Positions 52,801 through 61,800 of a stretch of 64,000 bases of DNA are shown here, piece after piece (positions within the stretch are counted from its first letter, which is position 1; each line of letters opens with the position of its first letter). Origin of the DNA: Hormiphora californensis (taxonomy: Eukaryota; Animalia; Ctenophora); assembly GCA_020137815.1 (NCBI GenBank), contig CM035352.1:5084001-5148000 (forward strand), in the 5' to 3' direction. Under the pieces are notes generated by a model. The model did not search any database. It was not told where the DNA came from and saw nothing but the letters and a program-made list of their open reading frames with translations. The position numbers were made by a program, and so were the translations under genes.

Positions 52801-55800
52801 TTTGAATGCTCTGTTACACTGACATACACCCGTCTAAGTCTCTCTTTAATCCTAAATCTATCAATTTACAACCGCATCGCCTAGTCTGGTTCAGTCATTC
52901 TGTCAAATAGTGCTCCTTTCCTGTATCTTTCAACACAGTACCTCTAATATCTGATCTCTAACGCACTCAATACCTGCTCGTTTTCTTGTACATCATTCTG
53001 CATTCTGGATACAGAATAACTTTGCGGATGTGGACATAAACGAATGCCGGGATTCTCCAGACTCTCTCACAATCAGTTATACATTTGCAGTTTCATATTT
53101 GTTTCATTTTGAATGCTCTGTTACACTGACATAACCCGTCTAAGTCTCTCTTTAATCCTAAATCTATCAATTTACAACCGCATCGCCTAGTCTGGTTCAG
53201 TCATTCTGTCAAATAGTGCTCCTTTCCTGTATCTTTCAACACAGTACCTCTAATATCTGATCTCTAACGCACTCAATACCTGCTCGTTTTCTTGTACATC
53301 ATTCTGCATTCTGGATACAGAATAACTTTGCGGATGTGTGACATAAACGAATTGCCGGGATTCTCCAGACTCTCTCACAATCAGTTCATACATTTGCAGT
53401 TTCATATTTGTTTCATTTTGAATGCTCTGTTACACGACATACACCCGTCTAAGTCTCTCTTTAATCCTAAATCTATCAATTTACAACCGCATCGCCTAGT
53501 CTGGTTCAGTATTCTGTCAAATAGTGCTCCTTTCCTGTATCTTTCAACACAGTACCTCTAATATCTGATCTCTAACGCACTCAATACCTGCTCGTTTCTT
53601 GTACATCATTCTGCATCTGGTACAGATAACTGTTCCGATGTGTGACATAAACGAATTGCCGGGATTCTCCAGACTCTTCACAACAGTTCATACATTTGCA
53701 GTTTCATATTTGTTTCATTTGAATGCTCTGTTACACTGACATACACCCGTCTAAGTCTCTCTTTAATCCTAAATCTATCAATTTACACACCGCATCGCCT
53801 AGTCTGGTTCAGTCATTCTGTCAAATAGTGCTCCTTTCCTGTATCTTTCAACACAGTACCTCTAATATCTGATCTCTAACGCACTCAATACCTGCTCGTT
53901 TTCTTGTACATCATTCTGCATTCTGGATACAGAATAACTTTGCGGATGTGTGACATAAACGAATTGCCGGGATTCTCCAGACTCTCTCACAATCAGTTCA
54001 TACATTTGCAGTTTCATATTTGTTTCATTTTGAATGCTCTGTTACACTGACATACACCCGTCTAAGTCTCTCTTTAATCCTAAACTATCAATTTACAACC
54101 GCATCGCCTAGTCTGGTTCAGTCATTCTGTCAAATAGTGCTCCTTTCCTGTATCTCTTCAAACACAGTACCTCTAATATCTGATCTCTAACGCACTCAAT
54201 ACCTGCTCGTTTCTTGTACATCATTCTGCATTCTGGATACAGAATAACTTTGCGGATTGTGACATAAACGAATTGCCGGATTCTCCAGACTCTCTCACAA
54301 TCAGTTCATACATTTGCAGTTTCATATTTGTTTCATTTTGAATGCTCTGTTACACTGACATAACCCGTCTAAGTCTCTCTTTAATCTAAATCTATCAATT
54401 TACAACCGCATCGCCTAGTCTGGTTCAGTCATTCTGTCAAATAGGCTCCTTTCCTGTATCTTTCAACACAGTACTCTTAATCTGATCTCTAACGCACTCA
54501 ATACTGCTCGTTTTCTTGTACTCAGGTCACGTCCATAATATTGCTCTGTCTCAAAACAACTCCTTGTGCCAATGCTCCTCTATATCCCTAATGATTCCCA
54601 AAATTTCAAGTTTCTATCTTCAAAACTGGGGTTCAGTAGCATTAAAACTGTCAAATACATCATTCTGCATTCTGGATACAGAATAACTTTGCGGATGTGT
54701 GACATAAACGAATTGCCGGATTCTCCAGACTCTCTCACAATCAGTTCATACATTTGCAGTTTCATATTTTTTCATTTGAATGCTCTGTTACACTGACATA
54801 CACCCGTCTAAGTCTCTCTTTAATCCTAAATCTATCAATTTACAACCGCATCGCCTAGTCTGGTTCAGTCATTCTGTCAAATAGTGCTCCTTTCCTGTAT
54901 CTTTCAACACAGTACCTCTAATATCTGATCTCTAACGCACTCAATACCTGCTCGTTTTCTTGTACATCATTCTGCATTCTGGATACAGAAAACTTGCGGA
55001 TGTGTGACATAAACGAATTGCCGGGATTCTCCAGACTCTCTCACAATCAGTTCATACATTTGCAGTTTCATATTTGTTTCTTTGAATGCTCTGTTACACT
55101 GACATACACCCTCAAGTCTCTCTTTAATCCTAAATCTATCAATTTACAACCGCATCGCCTGTTGGTTCAGTCATTCTGTCAAATAGTGCTCCTTTCCTGT
55201 ATCTTTCAACACAGTACCTCTAATATCTGATCTCTAACGCACTCAATACCTGCTCGTTTTCTTGTACATCATTCTGCATTCTGGATACAGAATAACTTTG
55301 CGGATGTGTGACATAAACGAATTGCCGGGATTCTCCAGACTCTCTCACAATCAGTTCATACATTTGCAGTTCTATTTGTTTCATTTTGAATGCTCTGTTA
55401 CACTGACATACACCCGTCTAAGTCTCTCTTTAATCCTAAATCTATCAATTTACAACCGCATCGCCTAGTCTGGTTCAGTCATTTGTCAAATAGTGCTCCT
55501 TTCCTGTATCTTTCAACACAGTACCTCTATATCTGTCTCTAAAGCATCAATACCTGCTCGTTTTCGTACATCATTCTGCATGCTGATACAGAATAACTTT
55601 GCGGATGTGTGACATAAACGAATTGCCGGGATTCTCCAGACTCTCTCACAATCAGTTCATACATTTGCAGTTTCATATTTGTTTCATTTTGAATGCTCTG
55701 TTACACTGACAACACCCGTCTAAGTCTCTCTTTAATCTAAATCTATCAATTTACAACCGCATCGCCTAGTCTGTTCAGTCATTCTGTCAAATAGTGCTCC

Positions 55801-58800
55801 TTTCCTGTATCTTTCAACACAGTACCTCTAATATCTGATCTCTAACGCACTCAATACCTGCTCGTTTTCTTGTATCTTTCAACACAGTACCTCTAATATC
55901 TGATCTCTAACGCACTCAATACCTGCTCGTTTTCTTGTACATCATTCTGCATTCTGGATACAGAATAACTTTGCGGATGTGTGACATAAACGAATTGCCG
56001 GGATTCTCCAGACTCTCTCACAATCAGTTCATACATTTGCAGTTTCATATTTGTTTCATTTTGAATGCTCTGTTACACTGACATACACCCGTCTAAGTCT
56101 CTCTTTAATCCTAAATCTATCAATTTACAACCGCATCGCCTAGTCTGGTTCAGTCATTCTGTCAAATAGTGCCCCTTTCCTGATCTTTCAACACAGTACC
56201 TCTAATATCTGATCTCTAACGCACTCAATACCTGCTCGTTTTCTTGTACTAGCCACCACCCACCCTCCACCCCACCCACCTCCCCACCCTTGCCCTTCCC
56301 AATTTAGAGGACTTTGTGAAACACGCCAGTACAGGGACAATCCTTGTGTTTTGTGCACTAAGTCGCTTATCGCGTGTAACAACTCACAATTGTTCTTATC
56401 TGTCCACCCGTCTTGTCCTATAGAACATCGTACACATTCTAGGGACGCTACAATCTGTCCCACCTCTTTTGTATTTGATCATTTTTGTTCATCTTGATCT
56501 CTACTGGAAGTGGGAATGGTACACCTCTCATCTGATCACCAACAACATCACGGTACCAATCATACATCAAAAAGCTGTAAGTTCATCTGTCTGTATTGTC
56601 TGTTCATCTATTGTGTACCATGATAATGATTCCGGAGTAAACCTTACCAATCAATAATTTAATTAGAGCTACTATAGACAGACTACCCCAGACCCAAGCT
56701 TGAGAAGTGTCCACTCGACGGACCGTCGTCGTAACAAACAAACGAACAGGCCTACCTGCACAGCCACCCAAGCCTGAAAATGTGCCCCCTAACTTGTCTT
56801 TTTGCTTATTCGCAAGATAACTGCAATGTCCTCACGGGGCGGGATGCGAAGAGTGCAACCGACCTTTAACCGTGGGGGCTGCGTAAGTGTCTTGCAAGTA
56901 CAATGACTGACTGACAATATGAATGCAATGATACAACTGACCACAACACGATGACAGACGCTATGACGAGGTTGCAAGTCGTTCTTGCCCTAACGGGCAG
57001 AGTTTGGCACGCTATAACCTATCTGTACCACCACCACCACCACCGATATTGCATCCTAGGTAAGACCGTGGTTGGACCTAGGAGTGGTCCCAATGATGAC
57101 AATACATCGGAGGCAAGATGTCCTGGAGGAACGATTGTGGGCCACTGCACAATGCGAGGTCAAGATTTCAAACGTGGTAGTGATGGCGTGACTATCGAGG
57201 ATAACGGCCGAAAGTGTGTTGCTCACGTTGGACATGGTGGTGGACATCTTCACGCTGTGGCTATATGTGTACCAGAGAACGAATATAGAGTTGTTAAAGG
57301 CCGAACAAACGGCGGGGCAAGGTGTCCTGGTGGTTTCAGACAGGTCGGGTGTATCGCACACTCAAACCATGGCACTCAGCTGGGTAAACCAGGAAAACAG
57401 TTGGGCTCCATGGAAAGATTAGGGAAGTTCGATGAACGTGGACAGCTGAAGAAGGATAGCAAGCAGCCGTGCGAGGCGAGGTGCGATGGCCCCAACTGCA
57501 TAGTGCATGCTATTTGCCGCCGAAACTAATTACGTGCCTCTATCGTTAATTTGATAAAGCAATTCTCCGATTTAATTATCTTTGTTGTCTTGGTGACATA
57601 CTAGACACATACGCGAGATCGAAGTCGCACAGCGACTGAGATCGAGCTCACACATAGCTCCGTTATTGATTTTGGAGCAAAGTTTTTTAAATCCGACTGC
57701 AACGAACTACTAAATCGATTTGCATCTGGTTTACAAAAAGCATGAAGTTGAAGACAATTTGGTAACCGTCAGGTTATATCAGAGGGCTATTATTATAATA
57801 CCATGATGAGTAGGGGCCGGGGGGGGGGGGGGCTATAATACCAATATACCATGATGGTGGATGATATCCCTGCATATCTTGAGGAAGACAGCTCGGTATC
57901 TCTCCTCAGTTGAGGTGTGTTGCAGTAATACAGACACAGAATTGAGGACGTCCCTGCACCTCCCACCCTCCTTCAGGTATTGCATTAGTAGGACTCTGAG
58001 GAGAATGGGTTTAGAGATCTGCCTTCCAGAGACAGGGTAAGTCACGTACACAATTTGGGCAAAATAACTCGTGTTTCCTTGCTTTTTGTCAGCAGGAGTA
58101 CAACACCCCAGGTATATTTACGATATATATTTGGGTTGTTTTGAGAAAAAACCATGTCCAGAACTATCGATATAATAATTAATAATGGTGAAAAGTATAA
58201 AATAGTATAAAATAGAGGCTGGGTATACTCACTGGGCAATGTCAGGTAGAGTCTCAGTATGCCTTATTGGGAGACTGGGAACCATGGTAACCAGAAGATT
58301 CAGTAGGGTGAACACGCACTCTGCCATTTGTCGCTCCTGGGCCATATCATGGCAAAATGCCACCAAGCTTTGGACCAGGTCACTCTGAATAGGGATCAGG
58401 GGTTCAGTATACAGTGTATACTATACACTCACTATACAGTCGGGCCCCGATTTACCGGAATGGTTGGGAATTTAAGCGTTTTGGCCGGTAAATCGGAGTT
58501 AATATATATGGAAGACCTGCAGTATAATAATATGTAGTACCCCTCTTCTAATCGATAGCTGGGAAATGAAATAGAGTAACAAATAGAATGAAAATGTTTG
58601 AACTTACAGCAGCAACAGGTACAGATTTGCACCAATTGAACAGAATGTTGATGATAGTTAGCCTCAACTCTACCCTTCCATCACCCGCTGACCGGGCCGG
58701 GTTGTCCGATATCTCATCCAGGGCACCCTGTATATAAAACAGGGTTAGTGGTGTCATTAGTAATGACAGGGTGATGACTCATCACTCTGAATAACAGACA

Positions 58801-61800
58801 CAGTTAGTGGTGTATAACGAGCATACTGTGTACCTGAGTACTAAAGGTACATGAGAGATCCATTTGTGTAGGGGTGATATTCTCCTTCCCACCCCACAGA
58901 TCACTGCCACCCTGATCAGTTGATGTGGAGTCTGGGGTGTCCTGGGATGCCATCACCGGGCTATCCATCTCTGAAACAAGTAGTAGTGGTGGACATTTTG
59001 GAGCGGGAAAGTAGAGATTATATGTAGTGGACATTTTGTAGCGGGAAAGTAGAGATATTAGATATTTAGTGGGCATTTGGAGCGGGAAAGTAGAGATATG
59101 TAGTGGACATTTTGTAGCGGGAATTAGGAAATAAGACTCTTGAACTGGTCGTTCGCATGAGAGAATCTGAAATCTGAATAAGACAAGCGAAGCATACATA
59201 CATTTATACCAACCCTCATACCCAATTATACAGTCCCCCTCACCTCTTGTTATGTTTTAACCCTCCTTTCCATTTGTGCAGGGCGCGGTGTAGTGAAACA
59301 GGGTCGAGCAAGGCAACTCACCTCTTAGCAAGGTGAACAGTTGGTTGGTGAGGGCAATGGGAATATCAATGGTCGTTACTTGGGATAACTCCAAGAGACA
59401 GGGTAACAGCTCCTGGGTTACTGTTACCCCCCTTAGGTACTGAAACAATAATTTAGTCTAAATAAGCGCTCAACTATAGGAGTTAAACAAGACAATTATT
59501 TCGGGCAAAAGTGGGAATTGTTGCACGCTAGGATAGCACATCACCATCACACCACTCATTTGCCCAACGTGGGTGCCTGAGCACATGATGGCGAGCCATG
59601 GTTCACGAGAGTACTAGCTCTACTCACCACGGGAAGGAAATCAAAATCCATGTTTAGCGTGTCAGTTTGCCGGTCTGTCAGCGTCAGTTCCTTAATCATA
59701 CTCTGTATCACAGTTGTGTAAAGGACCAGTAACTCTTGGTGGTTACCAATGGATAACTTGACACAGTACTCAAGTAGAGTCTTCTTGATAAGATCCAGTA
59801 GGTTGGAGTTGATTGGTGATGGTTTAGAGTTAACTACCCTCTTTTTCTTGTTGTCACCTATATAGGCCAGTCACTTTTTGCTTAATTGGTGAACTGAGAC
59901 ATAACAAAGGTTTTCCACTTGCATTGTACTCCTATGGGGTCCCAGAAACACCAAAAAAATCGTCCACTCCAACCGAGGTGAAGAAAGTGCCCAAAATGGC
60001 CACGCCTTTTTGCTGTATTTTCAGCCTTGCCAAAAATAGCAACTTTGCTTTGGATTGGAGTAGAAAGTAAATGAGGGCACTAAAGTGTGTAGAATGAGCA
60101 GCAGAATCGATTGGTACCAAGCAGAAGTCGCTATCTCATCAGGTTCGAGAGATAATTGGATAATTAGGTATGCGCATAACCGTTTTTGAGCCATATGGCT
60201 ATAGCCGCTCAGGAGCGGTTTCAGAAATTTTGCTTTACAGGAGCTTGTTCAGCATATAAAAATTAGTGGGGGTAACAAATATGAAGTTTTTATCGATAAG
60301 CAAACTTAAGTCGAAATGGGGGTAAAGTCGAAATTTGGTCATTTTCCTTCATTTTACCCTCATTTTTCGATCTTTAAAGTTGAATAACTCATTGACCTTA
60401 TGCGATAAAAACTTCATATTTGTTACCCCCACTAATTTTTATATGCTGAACAAGCTCCTGTAAAGCAAAATTTCTGAAACCGCTCCTGAGCGGCTATAGC
60501 CATATGGCTCAAAAACGGTTATGTGCATACCTAATTATCCAATTATCTCTCGAACCTGATGAGATAGCGACTTCTGCTTGGTACCAATCGATTCTGCTGC
60601 TCATTCTACACACTTTAGTGCCCTCATTTACGTTTCTACTCCAATCCAAAGCAAAGTTGCTATTTTTGGTCAAGGCTCAAAATACAGGCAAAAAGGGCGT
60701 GGCCATTTTGGGCACTTTCTTCACCTCGGTTGGAGTGGACGATTTTTTTGGTGTTTCTGGGACCCCATAGGAGTACAATGCAAGTGGAAAACCTTTGTTA
60801 TGTCTCAGTTCACCAAACGGCCCCAAAATGACAAAAAATGACTGGCCTAATATACACGGGGGAGAAGTGGACTTTTTAATGACAGTTCTCTGCAGTTTAA
60901 ATGGAACACCAAAAGATCAAAATAAAAACAGCTCCTAGATTATATTTCCTTCAGGTGTATCACTTCAACCCCCATTGCTTGTATCATTATTACCTTGCTT
61001 TGTGGGGTTATTTTCTCGAAACTGCAGCTGACAGAGGAGGGTCTCTGATTGTGGGATTGGTCCGGCCAGGGGGTTGTCAGGTTGTGATCCAGACACTATT
61101 CTTGCTAAAATCTGACCAATTTGGGTGGCGGTACCGGGCCTGCACGAGAATGTTTATTTAACACTGTTAATAAATGTACTCAGTACTAGAACTAGGGATT
61201 AATTGACAACAATACTTACTTCCAGTTGTATTGGTTGATAATCGGGGAAGAATCAGCGGCTAACTCTCTCCACGAGCCCACTAAAAGCCACTTGATTAGG
61301 GCTTCAGAGGGGTCCGGTGATAGCCACTTTATGTAGCCTGTATTTGACCTGGGTGTGGGGTGTTATATTAGCAACTCCTATCAGAAAAACCAACCAGTAA
61401 CCATTGAAATTAAGTCTGAACCGGCGAAAAAGAATTCAGTTAAGCCAAATCTAGCCAGAAAGTATAGGAGTTTGATTTATCTGAGAAGTTGGATTTACCA
61501 TTTAGGAACTTCAAAGTGAGCCACTTCAATCCGGCACCCACATTCTCTCATTATCTGGAGAGCAAGGTACTCCTGAGTGAATATACACATCCTTCGGACA
61601 GTTTCTCCTATTGTAGCCCTAGTTTCTAGTGACAGGGAGCCTTCTGAAAGAGTGTAAATCTCTTTTAGAGTGAAGGTGACACTTTCACTTTGCCGAAATA
61701 CTGACAACGTTTGGTAAACACTCAAAACTGACTGGAACTAACCCTCTAATATGGCAGATAGTAGGTCCAAGCAAGCTGGTACGAAAGGCCCAGCTCCCTT

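Noticed and set aside
50774-56463. Repeated short ORFs in the satellite
   Set aside because: Frames are inconsistent between units and show no protein motif.
56951-57059. ORF-track N-terminus with poly-His (MTDAM...HHHHHR)
   Set aside because: It reads through the retro-insertion tail and intron end; the real N-terminus is most likely the exon at 49814.
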